Shown in pieces: positions 1 through 11,311 of a DNA stretch of 50,625 nucleotides. The notes beneath the pieces are model-generated. The model searched no databases, had not been told where the DNA came from, and saw only the letters and a list, made by a program, of their open reading frames with translations. Numbering within the stretch: the first letter of the stretch is position 1; every line of letters begins with the position of its first letter. A program made the position numbers and the translations under genes. This stretch comes from Angustibacter sp. GTDB lineage: Bacteria > Actinomycetota > Actinomycetes > Actinomycetales > Angustibacteraceae. The stretch spans positions 1 through 50,625 of the forward strand of contig JBQCES010000280.1 in assembly GCA_051960055.1 (NCBI GenBank), written 5' to 3'.

Positions 1-1
1 G

Positions 2-1357
<1,356 letters not shown>

Positions 1358-1418
1358 CGCCGGCGCCCCGCCGGCCAGCCTCTCCACTTCTGTCGTTAGA
1401 CCCTGACGAAGGACCCCC

Positions 1419-4055
1419 GTGAGCGAACAGCCCCCGACGACTCCGACCAGCGACCGGATCGAGCAGGTCGACCTGCAGCTCGAGATGCAGCGGTCGTACC
1501 TCGACTACGCGATGTCCGTCATCGTGGGCCGCGCGCTGCCCGAGGTCCGCGACGGTCTGAAGCCGGTGCACCGCCGCGTGCTGTACGCGATGTACGACGG
1601 CGGGTACCGCCCCGACCGCGGCTACAACAAGTGCAGCCGCGTCGTCGGTGACGTCATGGGTCAGTACCACCCGCACGGTGACACCTCGATCTACGACACC
1701 CTCGTGCGCCTAGCTCAGCCGTGGTCGCTGCGCTACCCGCTGGTCGACGGTCAGGGCAACTTCGGCTCGCCGGGCAACGACCCGGCTGCGGCCATGCGGT
1801 ACACCGAGTGCCGGATGGCGCCGCTCGCCATGGAGATGGTGCGCGACATCGACGAGGAGACCGTCGACTTCCAGCCGAACTACGACGGCAAGACGCAGGA
1901 GCCGCTGATCCTGCCGGCGCGGTTCCCGAACCTGCTGGTCAACGGCAGCAACGGCATCGCCGTCGGCATGGCCACCAACATCCCACCGCACAACCTGCGC
2001 GAGGTGGCGTCCGGCGTCCAGTGGTACCTGCAGAACCCCGAGGTCGACCGCGAGACGCTGCTCGAGGCGCTCATGGAGCGCATCAAGGGCCCGGACTTCC
2101 CGACCGGCGCGCTGATCATGGGCCGGCGCGGCATCGAGGACGCCTACCGCACGGGCCGCGGCTCGATCACGATGCGGGCGATCGTCGAGGTCGAGGAGAT
2201 CCAGAACCGTCAGTGCCTGGTGGTCACCGACCTGCCGTACCAGGTCAACCCCGACAACCTCGCGCTGAAGATCGCCGAGCTGGTCAAGGACGGCAAGATC
2301 GGCGGCATCGCCGACGTCCGCGACGAGTCGTCGTCGCGCACGGGCCAGCGCCTGGTGATCGTGCTGAAGCGCGACGCCGTCGCGAAGGTCGTGCTCAACA
2401 ACCTCTACAAGCACACCCAGCTGCAGGACAACTTCGGCGCCAACATGCTGGCGCTGGTCGACGGCGTCCCGCGCACGCTCCCGCTCGACGGCTTCGTGCG
2501 GCACTGGGTCGACCACCAGATCGAGGTCATCCAGCGCCGGACGCGGTACCGCCTGCGCAAGGCCGAGGAAGAGGCCCACATCCTGCGCGGCCTGCTCAAG
2601 GCGCTCGACGCGCTCGACGAGGTCATCGCGCTGATCCGCGCGTCGGCCACCGTCGACGACGCGCGCGAGGGGCTGATGCAGCTGCTCGACATCGACGACC
2701 TTCAGGCGCGAGCGATCCTCGACATGCAGCTGCGCCGCCTCGCCGCCCTCGAGCGGCAGAAGCTGATCGACCGGTACGAGGAGCTGCAGGCGCTGATCGC
2801 CGAGTACAACGCGATCCTCGAGTCGCCGTCGCGCCAGCGCGAGATCGTCGGCGACGAGCTGGGCGCGATCGTCGACAAGTACGGCGACGAGCGCCGCACC
2901 GAGATCCGGCCCTTCGACGGTGACATGTCGATGGAGGACCTCATCGCGGAGGAGGACGTCGTCGTCACGATCACCCGTGGCGGCTACGCCAAGCGCACGC
3001 GCGTCGACCAGTACCGCTCGCAGCGGCGCGGCGGCAAGGGTGTGCGTGGCGCGCAGCTGCGCGGCGACGACCTCGTCGAGCACTTCTTCACCACGACGAC
3101 GCACCACTGGCTGCTGTTCTTCACCAACCTCGGCCGGGTCTACCGCGCCAAGGCGTACGAGCTGCCCGAGGGCAGCCGCGACGCCAAGGGCCAGCACGTG
3201 GCCAACCTGCTGGCGTTCCAGCCGGGTGAGCAGATCGCGCAGGTGCTCGACCTGCGCGACTACGAGGCCGAGCCGTACCTGGTGCTCGCCACGAAGGCCG
3301 GCCTGGTGAAGAAGACGCGCCTGGCTGACTACGACTCCAACCGCAGCGGCGGCCTGATCGCGATCAACCTGCGCGACACGGGTGTGGACGCCGACGGCAA
3401 CGTCGTGGGCGACCAGCTCGTGGCGGCGCGGCTGCTCTCGCCGGACGACGACCTGCTCCTCGTCTCCCGCAAGGGCCAGTCGGTGCGCTTCACCGCCACC
3501 GACGAGGCGCTGCGCCCGATGGGTCGGGCGACGTCCGGCGTCACGGGCATGAAGTTCCGTGACGACGACAGCCTGCTGTCGATGGACGTTGTGCGGCAGG
3601 GCGAGGACGTCGAGGTGTTCGTCGTGTTCGCCAGCGGCCTGGCCAAGCGGACGCCGGTCGAGCAGTACCGCGTGCAGGGTCGCGGCGGTCTCGGCATCAA
3701 GGTCGCCAAGATGTCCGACAAGGGCGGCGACATCGTCGGAGCGCTGCTCGTCCAGGACGACGACGAGGTGCTCGTCGTGATGGAGAAGGGCAAGATCGTG
3801 CGCTCGCGCGTCGACGGCGTCCGCTCGACGGGACGCGACACGCAGGGCGTGCGGTTCGCGATGCCCGACAAGGGCGACTCGATCATCGGCATCGCGCGCA
3901 ACGTCGAGCGCGAGGTCGAGGAGGAGGCCGACGCCGCGGCTGCCGACGGGGTCGACGAGGGCGTTTCGCCCGAGGATGGCGTACCGTCGGACGGTGAGAC
4001 GGCCGCGCCCGCGGCCGGGGACGGCGCCGACGGCGCACCGGGAGGCGAGCAGTGA
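1419..4055 (+). CDS. gyrA: DNA gyrase subunit A
   Basis: [14 protein letters not shown], catalytic AAMRYTE, GyrA-box QRRGGKG; follows gyrB. Confidence 0.98.
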   Translation: MSEQPPTTPTSDRIEQVDLQLEMQRSYLDYAMSVIVGRALPEVRDGLKPVHRRVLYAMYDGGYRPDRGYNKCSRVVGDVMGQYHPHGDTSIYDTLVRLAQPWSLRYPLVDGQGNFGSPGNDPAAAMRYTECRMAPLAMEMVRDIDEETVDFQPNYDGKTQEPLILPARFPNLLVNGSNGIAVGMATNIPPHNLREVASGVQWYLQNPEVDRETLLEALMERIKGPDFPTGALIMGRRGIEDAYRTGRGSITMRAIVEVEEIQNRQCLVVTDLPYQVNPDNLALKIAELVKDGKIGGIADVRDESSSRTGQRLVIVLKRDAVAKVVLNNLYKHTQLQDNFGANMLALVDGVPRTLPLDGFVRHWVDHQIEVIQRRTRYRLRKAEEEAHILRGLLKALDALDEVIALIRASATVDDAREGLMQLLDIDDLQARAILDMQLRRLAALERQKLIDRYEELQALIAEYNAILESPSRQREIVGDELGAIVDKYGDERRTEIRPFDGDMSMEDLIAEEDVVVTITRGGYAKRTRVDQYRSQRRGGKGVRGAQLRGDDLVEHFFTTTTHHWLLFFTNLGRVYRAKAYELPEGSRDAKGQHVANLLAFQPGEQIAQVLDLRDYEAEPYLVLATKAGLVKKTRLADYDSNRSGGLIAINLRDTGVDADGNVVGDQLVAARLLSPDDDLLLVSRKGQSVRFTATDEALRPMGRATSGVTGMKFRDDDSLLSMDVVRQGEDVEVFVVFASGLAKRTPVEQYRVQGRGGLGIKVAKMSDKGGDIVGALLVQDDDEVLVVMEKGKIVRSRVDGVRSTGRDTQGVRFAMPDKGDSIIGIARNVEREVEEEADAAAADGVDEGVSPEDGVPSDGETAAPAAGDGADGAPGGEQ

Positions 4056-4555
4056 GCACGCCGGATCACGCGTACGGGTCGGGTGCCCGCCCGTTCACGG
4101 CGGGTGGCCAGACCGCCACCGCGACACCTGCAGCGACCTCCAGCGCTCGGCCGGCCACGGCCGCTGGTGCCCGGCCGGCGCCGCGGGGGCCGCGCAAGGT
4201 GCGGCTCACCCTCGGCAAGGTCGACCCGTGGTCGGTCATGAAGATCGGCTTCCTGCTGTCGGTCGCCATCGGCATCGCCCTGGTCGTGCTCGTCGCCGTC
4301 CTGTGGATGATCCTCGACACGATGGGCGTGTTCAGCGACGTCAACCGCACGGTAGGCACGGTGCTGGGCTCGTCGTCCGGATCGACGTTCAACCTGATGG
4401 ACTACGTGGGCTTCGGTCGCGTCATCTCGCTCGCCACGGTGATCGCGGTGGTCGACGTCTTCCTGCTGACGGCGCTCGCCACCCTCTCGGCGTTCCTGTA
4501 CAACGTCTGCGCGCAGTTGGTCGGCGGCGTGCAGATGACCCTCACCGACGACTGA
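4052..4555 (+). CDS. DUF3566 family membrane protein
   Basis: KVDPWSVMK motif, two hydrophobic helices, conserved position after gyrA in actinobacteria. Confidence 0.85.
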   Translation: MSTPDHAYGSGARPFTAGGQTATATPAATSSARPATAAGARPAPRGPRKVRLTLGKVDPWSVMKIGFLLSVAIGIALVVLVAVLWMILDTMGVFSDVNRTVGTVLGSSSGSTFNLMDYVGFGRVISLATVIAVVDVFLLTALATLSAFLYNVCAQLVGGVQMTLTDD

Positions 4556-4617
4556 TCCGGTTTGGGAACGGGGTGCCCGCTGGGGTACCCTCGTGCGGCG
4601 CGCAGTCTGCGCCGTTG

Positions 4618-4691
4618 GGGCCTATAGCTCAGTCGGTTAGAGCGCTTCCCTGATAAGGAAGAGGTCACTGGTTCGAGTCCAGTTAGGCCCA
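4618..4691 (+). tRNA. tRNA-Ile (GAT)
   Basis: GGGCCTATAGCTCAG start, anticodon loop CTGATAA, T-loop GGTTCGAGTCC, acceptor stem closes with AGGCCCA. Confidence 0.97.
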
Positions 4692-4730
4692 CGTCAGCCC
4701 GTTCGGGCTCGCTGCTCTCGGAGGTGTCCG

Positions 4731-4847
4731 ATGAAGAAGCTGCTGCTCCTTGCTGCCGCAGGCGTCGGTGCCTTCGCCGTCTGGCGCAAGGTCGAGGCCG
4801 ACAAGGCCGAGCAGAACCTCTGGGCCGAGGCGACCGACGCGGTCTGA
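4731..4847 (+). CDS. DLW-39 family small protein (38 aa), not in ORF track
   Basis: MKKLLLLAAAGVGAFAVWRKVEADKAEQNLWAEATDAV; RBS GGAGG; typical position between tRNA-Ile and tRNA-Ala. Confidence 0.85.
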   Translation: MKKLLLLAAAGVGAFAVWRKVEADKAEQNLWAEATDAV

Positions 4848-4890
4848 GCTCGTCCCCGCGCTTCGGCGCGGAACCCGGGGACTCCCCCCA

Positions 4891-4963
4891 GGGGCCATGG
4901 CGCAATTGGTAGCGCACCTGCTTTGCAAGCAGGGGGTTAGGGGTTCGAGTCCCCTTGGCTCCA
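4891..4963 (+). tRNA. tRNA-Ala (TGC)
   Basis: GGGGCCATGGCGCAATTGGTAGCGC start, anticodon loop TTTGCAA, GGTTCGAGTCC, ends GGCTCCA. Confidence 0.97.
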
Positions 4964-5025
4964 CCGAGAGAAACACCAGTTGAGGCCCCTCACGCGAGTC
5001 CTTGACTACGCATTTGGTCCTGGCT

Positions 5026-5082
5026 GTGCCAAGCGGACGTGCCAAACACGTAGTTCAGCAGGGCCGGTCAAACGGTGCCAAA
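5026..5082 (+). repeat. three GTGCCAA direct repeats after tRNA-Ala
   Basis: GTGCCAA at 5026, 5039 and 5075. Confidence 0.5.
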
Positions 5083-5524
5083 GCGGTGGGAGCAGCCGGA
5101 TGGTAACCGGAGTGCGGGAGGTCCACCGGAGCCCCCAATGCCTGCCCCGCGGCTTGATGTTCCCTGCGTCCTGGCGCATGGCAGTCATGTCGCTCCTGCA
5201 GATCGCGTAGGACTGGCATCCACGGTCGCGGAGAACTTCGAAGGTAGTCAATGAGGTTGTTCCGCACCGCGTCAGCGTCCTTCTCCGGTGTGCTCACGAC
5301 CCGGGCGTTGTTGCGCGCCGTCGACCTGCCGGTGCAGGCCGTTGGGAGGCTGCTAAGGAGGTGCTGGAGGTGCGCGGCGGATCGTCACACGGTCACCGAC
5401 TCGGCAGGCACCCGAGCGGGCGCACGAGACGGCACAGCGTGTTTCACCCACCTGCGTGCTTTAGACGCCGCCGCTGGTGACGAACAAGGAACACAACTCG
5501 GTCTAGTGGAAGGGCGCATCGCCA

Positions 5525-6826
5525 GTGCAACCTCGTAAGTTCATCATCGCGGTCGCCGTCGCCGCTGCTGTGGTCGGCCCACTGGCCGTCGCAGCGCCCG
5601 CACAGGCCGCCACCCGCTCCCACTTCTCCCTCAAGGTTGCTGAACGTTCGGTGCTGTTGGGCCAGAAGGCGCACCTGCGCGGCTACCTCACGCCGGGGGC
5701 CAAGCGTGCGTACTCCATCCAGGAGTACACGCACGGGCACTGGGCGACCGTGTTCAAGTCCAAGACGTACGCCGACAAGCACGCCAACATCACCGCGCAC
5801 TTCGAGACTCCCGGCCGTCACACGGTCCGGTTCTACGCTCCGGCCACCAGCCGCTACACGTCCGCGACGTCGAACACGGTGTCCTGGACCGTCGTGACGG
5901 CCTCGAAGGTGACCGCGAAGGCGTCCTCGACCACCGCGCTGGTCGGCGCTCGTGACGCGGTCACCGGCAAGGTCAGCCCGGCCGCCACCGGCCGCGTGAT
6001 GACGTTGCAGCGCTGGACCGGGTCGCACTGGGTGTCCGTGCGGTCCACCAAGACCGTCAAGGGTTCCTACTCCCTGCCGGTCTCCACGACCACGCCGGGC
6101 GCCGCGACCTACCGGGTCGTCTCGGCGGCTCAGCCGCTGGCCACGTCCCTGGTCAGCGCTCACCTCACGGTCACCACGCTGGCTCGTTCGACGGTGACGG
6201 CGGCTCCTGACAAGACGTCAATGGTGTTCGGGGACGCGCTGTCCTACGTCAACGGCCACGTCACCCCGGCCGGGGCCACCCAGCGCAAGGTTCGCCTGTA
6301 CAGCCTGGGCCACGACGGCAAGACCTGGTGGCAGGAGGACTACGTGTACGCCAGCGCGAGCGGCGCGTTCTCCTTGCAACTGCCCACCTCGGCCGGGGCG
6401 CACACCTACAAGGTGGTCGCCGACCGGGTCGGGTACTCCGCTGCCGCCACGTCGGCTACGTTCACGTTCACCGTGAAAAAGGCGCCGTCGACGGTGACCG
6501 CGACGGCGTCGGCGACCTCGGTGATCGCCGGGTCGGTCGTCACGATCTCCGGCGCGGTCTCCTCGGTCGACGTCCGCGAGGACACTCGCACCATCCGGCT
6601 GGAGCGCCTGGACGGCGACACCTGGGTGCAGATCGAGCATTTCGAGGCTGGCACCGACGGGCAGTACATGTTCAACCTGGACACCATGGACACCTCGACC
6701 TACGGCGGGCAGTTCGGTGAGCACTCCTACCGGGCCGTGGCCGTCGAGGGGTTCAGCGGGCTGGAAGCCGTCTCGGCCCCGTTCACGATCAACTTCGTGG
6801 ACCCGACGACGACCGGCGTGCCCTGA
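5525..6826 (+). CDS. secreted protein with four tandem beta-rich (Ig-like) repeats
   Basis: Signal peptide ending PAQA; four ~95-aa repeats each with G..G.v.p, a conserved W and YRV/YKV; Thr/Ser/Val rich. Confidence 0.7.
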   Translation: MQPRKFIIAVAVAAAVVGPLAVAAPAQAATRSHFSLKVAERSVLLGQKAHLRGYLTPGAKRAYSIQEYTHGHWATVFKSKTYADKHANITAHFETPGRHTVRFYAPATSRYTSATSNTVSWTVVTASKVTAKASSTTALVGARDAVTGKVSPAATGRVMTLQRWTGSHWVSVRSTKTVKGSYSLPVSTTTPGAATYRVVSAAQPLATSLVSAHLTVTTLARSTVTAAPDKTSMVFGDALSYVNGHVTPAGATQRKVRLYSLGHDGKTWWQEDYVYASASGAFSLQLPTSAGAHTYKVVADRVGYSAAATSATFTFTVKKAPSTVTATASATSVIAGSVVTISGAVSSVDVREDTRTIRLERLDGDTWVQIEHFEAGTDGQYMFNLDTMDTSTYGGQFGEHSYRAVAVEGFSGLEAVSAPFTINFVDPTTTGVP

Positions 6827-7072
6827 GCACTGGATCTACCGGGAACGACCGGGCGCGAGGCTCTCCTCGTGTCCGGTCGTTTCCGTCCGAGACGGGCGCG
6901 GCCGCACCCGGCGACCTGTCTGGCCCGAGCGTTACCGTGGGTCGTGGCTGCCAGTCGCCTTCACACGAGCGCACCTCGCGCCGATCCAGGAGATGCGAAG
7001 GTTCGCTGACGCCTGCGAGGAGCACCTAGTGCGGAAGTCAAGGGATTGCGCGGCGGCGAGTTCCGATTCGAC

Positions 7073-7432
7073 TTAGCCCGGCCCACCAGGATGCGCGAGG
7101 TCGTAGGCGCGCCAGACCTTCTGCGGGACGACCATCCGCCAAGCGTCGACGACGAGCTCGCGGGCCTCGGTCGGATCCAGTGCCGCGAGGTCTGCATGCA
7201 CCCAGTTGAAGCGCAGGTCGGACTGGGCCGGCAGGTGAAACTTCTGAGGCTCGCTGGCGACGAGCGCCGCGCGTTCCTCCTTCGGGAAGGCGAATCCCAT
7301 CAACATCTCGTCGGCGGAGAACGCGACGTAGACCAGCTGCTTCACGCGGAACTTCAGGCGGCCGTGAACGTACACCTCGTAAGACCGCTCGAGCTGGTGC
7401 CCGAGCGGCCGGACGTCGTCGAGCACCGCCAT
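7073..7432 (-). CDS. MmcQ/YjbR family DNA-binding protein
   Basis: KFRVKQLVYVAFS...ELVVDAWRMVVP pattern; ATG 7432 with AGGAGG RBS. Confidence 0.75.
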   Translation of the reverse strand: MAVLDDVRPLGHQLERSYEVYVHGRLKFRVKQLVYVAFSADEMLMGFAFPKEERAALVASEPQKFHLPAQSDLRFNWVHADLAALDPTEARELVVDAWRMVVPQKVWRAYDLAHPGGPG

Positions 7433-7475
7433 GGCCGCCTCCTCCTCGCTGTCACCGGAAGCCATCTTCGTCCTG

Positions 7476-7502
7476 TGTCACAGACTGCGTCGCCGTCTCG
7501 TC
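7476..7502 (+). promoter_or_regulatory. ECF41-type promoter
   Basis: TGTCACA (7476-7482) - N16 - CGTC (7499-7502), matching the ECF41 consensus, upstream of the epimerase-sigma operon. Confidence 0.8.
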
Positions 7503-7541
7503 TTCATCGGTGAACGCACCACACTGACGAGGGAGCAGACG

Positions 7542-8501
7542 ATGAAGGTGTTCGTGGCCGGTGGAAGCGGAGCCTTGGGGCGGCAGCTCGTGCCGCGGTT
7601 GGTGGCAGCGGGGCACACCGTGCACGCGATGACGCGCAGCGAGTCCAAGCGGTCGATGCTGCGCGAGCTGGGTGCGACACCGGTGGTGGCCGACGCGCTG
7701 GACGCCGACCAGGTGGCCGCGGCCGTGGCGGCGGCAGACCCCGATGTCGTCGTCCACCAGCTCACGGCGATCGGGGCGATGGACCTGCGCCACTTCGACC
7801 GCGCGTTCGAGCAGACCAACCGGCTGCGCACCGAGGGCACCGACCACCTGCTGTCGGCGGCGCAGGCCTTGGGGGTCAAGCGGTTCGTGGCGCAGAGCTA
7901 CTTCGGTGGCTACGACCGGACGGGTGCGATGGTGAAGTCGGAGGACGCGTCGTACGGGACGACACCGCCCACCGGCATGGAGCGGACGGTCGCGGCGATG
8001 AAGCACGTCGAGGACGCCGTCGCCGCGGCGACCTGGACGGAGGGCGTGGTGCTGCGGTACGGCGGCTTCTACGGTGCGCACACGTCGCTCGGGGTCGGCG
8101 GCGAGCAGACCGAGGCGGTGCGTCGGCGCAAGATGCCGCTCGTCGGCGACAGCCCGGCGGTCTGGTCGTTCATCCACGTCGCCGACGCGGCCGAGGCGAC
8201 GGTGGCAGCGGTGGAGCGGGGCGAGCCCGGCGTCTACAACGTCGTGGACGACGAGCCGGCGACCGTGGCGACGTGGCTGCCGTACCTGGCCGACGTACTC
8301 GGCGCGAAGAAGCCGATGCGCGTGCCGGTCTGGCTGGCGCGGGTGGTCGCCGGGGAGACTGCCGTCGTGATGATGACCGAGCTGCGCGGCGCGTCGAACG
8401 CCAAGGCCAAGCAAGAGCTGGGCTGGGCGCCGGCGCACGCGACCTGGCGCGACGGCTTTCGCGAGCTGGCAACGGCATCCGAGCGGGTCGGCACCGCGTG
8501 A
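7542..8501 (+). CDS. NAD-dependent epimerase/dehydratase (SDR-like)
   Basis: MKVFVAGGSGALG Rossmann motif, LRYGGFYG, FIHVADAA. Confidence 0.88.
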   Translation: MKVFVAGGSGALGRQLVPRLVAAGHTVHAMTRSESKRSMLRELGATPVVADALDADQVAAAVAAADPDVVVHQLTAIGAMDLRHFDRAFEQTNRLRTEGTDHLLSAAQALGVKRFVAQSYFGGYDRTGAMVKSEDASYGTTPPTGMERTVAAMKHVEDAVAAATWTEGVVLRYGGFYGAHTSLGVGGEQTEAVRRRKMPLVGDSPAVWSFIHVADAAEATVAAVERGEPGVYNVVDDEPATVATWLPYLADVLGAKKPMRVPVWLARVVAGETAVVMMTELRGASNAKAKQELGWAPAHATWRDGFRELATASERVGTA

Positions 8502-9427
8502 CGCAGACCGACGCGCTGCTCACCGAGCTGCGGCCGGTGGCGTTCGGCATCGCGTACCGGATGCTCGGCAGCGTCAGTGAAGCTGAGGACGTCGTCCAGG
8601 AGGCGTTGCTGCGGGTGCACCGTGCGCTGGAGTCGGGTGAGCAGGTGCGGTCGCCGCGCGCGTTCACGGCGACCGTGACGACGCGGCTCGCGATGGACGA
8701 GCTGCGGTCGGCGCGGGCACGGCGGGAGCGGTACGTCGGCGACTGGCTGCCCGAGCCGGTGATCACCGACGGCGGTGCCGATCCCGCCGAGCAGGCGGCG
8801 ACGGCGGACTCGTTGTCGCTCGCGCTGCTCGTGGTGCTCGAGAGCCTCTCGCCCGAGCAGCGGGCGGTGCTGCTGCTGCACGACGTCTTCGGCTACGGCT
8901 ACAACGAGATCACCGAGATCGTGGGCAAGAGCGAGGCGAACGTGCGGCAGCTCGCCGTCCGGGCGCGTCGGCACGTGGAGGAGCGGCGGCCGAGGTACGC
9001 GACGACGTCCGAGCGGCGGGCGGAGCTGGCTGAGCGGTTCTTCGCGGCGGCGCGCGAGGGTGACCTGGCCGGCCTGGAGTCGCTGCTCGCGCACGACGTG
9101 GTGCTCGTGGGGGACGGCGGCGGCAAGGCACCCTCGCTCGCCCGCTCGCAGCAGGGGCGGAGTCGAGTGGCGCACACGCTCACGAACTGGCTGGGCGTGC
9201 TGCGGCGGCTGCCCGACGTCGAGATCAGGCTCGCGGAGGTCAACGGCGACCCGGGTGCGCTGTTCTCCGTGGGTGGTCAGCTGTATGCGGTGTGGGCACT
9301 GGATGTCGTGGGCGGGGAGGTGGCCGGCGTCCGGGCGGTGGTGAACCCGGACAAGCTGGCGCACCTGGGTCCGGTAGGAGATGCGAGCGCGCTGGTCCGC
9401 CAGCTGCGCGCACGCCCGGGTGAGTGA
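8498..9427 (+). CDS. sigJ: ECF41 (SigJ-like) sigma factor with SnoaL-like C-terminal extension
   Basis: AYRMLGSVSEAEDVVQE, WLPEP, DGGG and NPDKL motifs; GTGA overlap with epimerase stop. Confidence 0.88.
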   Translation: MTQTDALLTELRPVAFGIAYRMLGSVSEAEDVVQEALLRVHRALESGEQVRSPRAFTATVTTRLAMDELRSARARRERYVGDWLPEPVITDGGADPAEQAATADSLSLALLVVLESLSPEQRAVLLLHDVFGYGYNEITEIVGKSEANVRQLAVRARRHVEERRPRYATTSERRAELAERFFAAAREGDLAGLESLLAHDVVLVGDGGGKAPSLARSQQGRSRVAHTLTNWLGVLRRLPDVEIRLAEVNGDPGALFSVGGQLYAVWALDVVGGEVAGVRAVVNPDKLAHLGPVGDASALVRQLRARPGE

Positions 9428-9454
9428 ACGAGCTTCTCCCGCCGTGCACCCGCC

Positions 9455-9483
9455 TTGACAGTTCTGAACGTGTTCAGAACAAT
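9455..9483 (+). promoter_or_regulatory. promoter with palindromic operator of TA operon
   Basis: TTGACA 9455-9460; inverted repeat GTTCTGAAC-GT-GTTCAGAAC 9461-9480; weak -10 AACAAT 9478-9483 at 17-bp spacing. Confidence 0.7.
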
Positions 9484-9489
9484 GATGGC

Positions 9490-9954
9490 ATGAGTCTTCG
9501 GATGTCGCGTGTGGTGCAGTCATCGGCGTTGTCGCGCAACTCCGCCGAGGTCTTCAGGGCCGCGGACCAAGGCGCAGTCGAAATCACCCGGCGGGACGGA
9601 GAGACCCTCGTCCTCACCCGCAAGAGCGAGGTCGAGCGACAGGGCACAGTGCTCCGCATGGCCGCTGACTTGATCGCGGCTTCACTCGGACCTGAGAGTC
9701 AGCCGTTCGTGGACCGACTGCAGGATCGGTTCCCGTGGATGCGCTTCCTCAGCGAGTCCGAGCGGCAGACGTTCGCCACGGAGATCGTGCGGAGCGCCCG
9801 AGGCTGCGCGGCAGTCCAGGACTTCGAACCGTTTCTCGTCGACCTGCACGAGTGGTTCACCACAGCGCAGGCGAAGGCGGCTGGATTCACCGCCGACGAC
9901 GCCCTCGACTGGTACGACGACCTGCCCGAGGCGACCGACCCGCGTCAGGCCTGA
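9490..9954 (+). CDS. Phd/YefM-like antitoxin with extended C-terminus
   Basis: SALSRNSAEVFRAADQGAVEITRRDGETLVL resembles the Phd DNA-binding fold; acidic tail; overlaps next gene. Confidence 0.65.
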   Translation: MSLRMSRVVQSSALSRNSAEVFRAADQGAVEITRRDGETLVLTRKSEVERQGTVLRMAADLIAASLGPESQPFVDRLQDRFPWMRFLSESERQTFATEIVRSARGCAAVQDFEPFLVDLHEWFTTAQAKAAGFTADDALDWYDDLPEATDPRQA

Positions 9955-10289
9955 TGGCTAAGCAGCACGAGGTTCCACGTCCCCTCAAGAAGGCTGAGTT
10001 CACGATCCTGTTCGGCACTCGTCAAGCCGAGGCTGGGTGGACGGATCTGAAGGCGACCCAACGCAACGCCCTCGTGGACGCCTGGGATTTCCTGACCAAG
10101 CAACCGACAGCGCGGCAGCCGAAGAATCATCCTCTGAAGGGTGATCTGGCCACCGTGACTCACCGCGGCGCCACGCACGAGCGCTGGCAGCACGAGCTCA
10201 GCCACGGAGCTCGCATCTGGTTCTACGTCGATGGCCGCACCGTGGTGCTGATCGACTGTCACACCCGTCACCCGAACGAAACGAAGTAG
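9954..10289 (+). CDS. putative RelE/ParE-like toxin (111 aa)
   Basis: TGATG coupling to antitoxin; HPLKGDL...WQHEL..GARIWFYVD...VVLID pattern. Confidence 0.6.
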   Translation: MAKQHEVPRPLKKAEFTILFGTRQAEAGWTDLKATQRNALVDAWDFLTKQPTARQPKNHPLKGDLATVTHRGATHERWQHELSHGARIWFYVDGRTVVLIDCHTRHPNETK

Positions 10290-10319
10290 GTTCGCGCGCA
10301 GGGGATATGGCCTCGAGGG

Positions 10320-11249
10320 TCAGCTGGCGTCGAGGAAGCCCTGGAAGCGCTCCTCCAGGAGGGTCGGATCCGGGCGCTCCGCCCGGCGTTGAGGCAGCAC
10401 CATCAGCTTCTTGCCGTGGAACTCCTGGATCCCGTGGCGGAGCATCGGTCCGTCGACCTCGCGAAGGATCTCGTCGTTGACCCGCACTTCATAGCCGGGC
10501 GTGATTCCCATGATCCGACGGTCGTACGCCGCATGGTGCATCTTGCACAGCGTCAGACCGTTCGTGACCACCGGGCGCCCCCCCGCCGCGTCCTCCTGGA
10601 TGTGGGCCGCATCGAGCAGATCGCTGTGGCGGAACGAGCACACCGCGCAGGACGTGTTGTAGGCACGGAGTACCGCGGCGCGGAACGGTCGTTGGTGCAG
10701 GCGGATCTTGGTGAGCTGCTGCCGGTACGACGTGTCCAGCTCGAGGTCGACCGAGGGCCAGGTGATGTCCGGTTGCGGAACCGCGTCGATGTCGACGACG
10801 AACTGCCGAGACGGGCGCTCTTCGTCGACCAGGTAGATGGGGTAGAGCGCGCTGTATCCCCCGCCCTGGACACCCAGCCACCAGATGAGTGGAAGCCGCT
10901 CGACCATCGCCGACCTCAGGGCCCGGTTCTGGTAGTGGTTAGGGTCGTCTCCGCGCATCTTGTAGCGATACAGGCCGTCGGCGCCCACGGCATCGTCGTA
11001 CGGACGTCGCGAGCCTTCGGGGCGGTAGACCGTCCGGATGGACAACGCGGCGCCGAGCTGCCCGGGCTTCCAGATGCCCTGTTGGGTCGGCATCAGCCGG
11101 ACGGTTTCACCCAGTAACGGGAGGTTGCTGGTGTCGTCCTGGGAGAAGGTCTCGTGGCCCTTCGCCCGCTCACGGTCGAGCCAGGCGAAGGCAGCGTGCC
11201 TGATCGCCAACTCCCGCAGCCGTTCGTTGGGGGTCACGAGCGAGATCAT
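10320..11249 (-). CDS. HNH endonuclease, putative modification-dependent restriction enzyme
   Basis: RLHQRPFRAAVLRAY, CAVC, DAAHI, NGLTLCKMHHAAYD (HNH_2 type) after a ~180-aa N-terminal domain; start uncertain. Confidence 0.8.
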   Translation of the reverse strand: MISLVTPNERLRELAIRHAAFAWLDRERAKGHETFSQDDTSNLPLLGETVRLMPTQQGIWKPGQLGAALSIRTVYRPEGSRRPYDDAVGADGLYRYKMRGDDPNHYQNRALRSAMVERLPLIWWLGVQGGGYSALYPIYLVDEERPSRQFVVDIDAVPQPDITWPSVDLELDTSYRQQLTKIRLHQRPFRAAVLRAYNTSCAVCSFRHSDLLDAAHIQEDAAGGRPVVTNGLTLCKMHHAAYDRRIMGITPGYEVRVNDEILREVDGPMLRHGIQEFHGKKLMVLPQRRAERPDPTLLEERFQGFLDAS

Positions 11250-11311
11250 CGCAGCTCGCACCGGCTCGAGTGAGTGATGCAGACACCCGCGGTTCTCGTA
11301 GGGTCGAGCGC

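Noticed and set aside
1665-1705. Quinolone-resistance substitution in gyrA ([10 protein letters not shown])
   Set aside because: Thr at this position is within natural variation; no resistance inference is justified.
5006-5297. Short minus-strand ORFs after tRNA-Ala
   Set aside because: No recognisable motif and atypical codon usage; possibly a remnant, but not supportable as a CDS.
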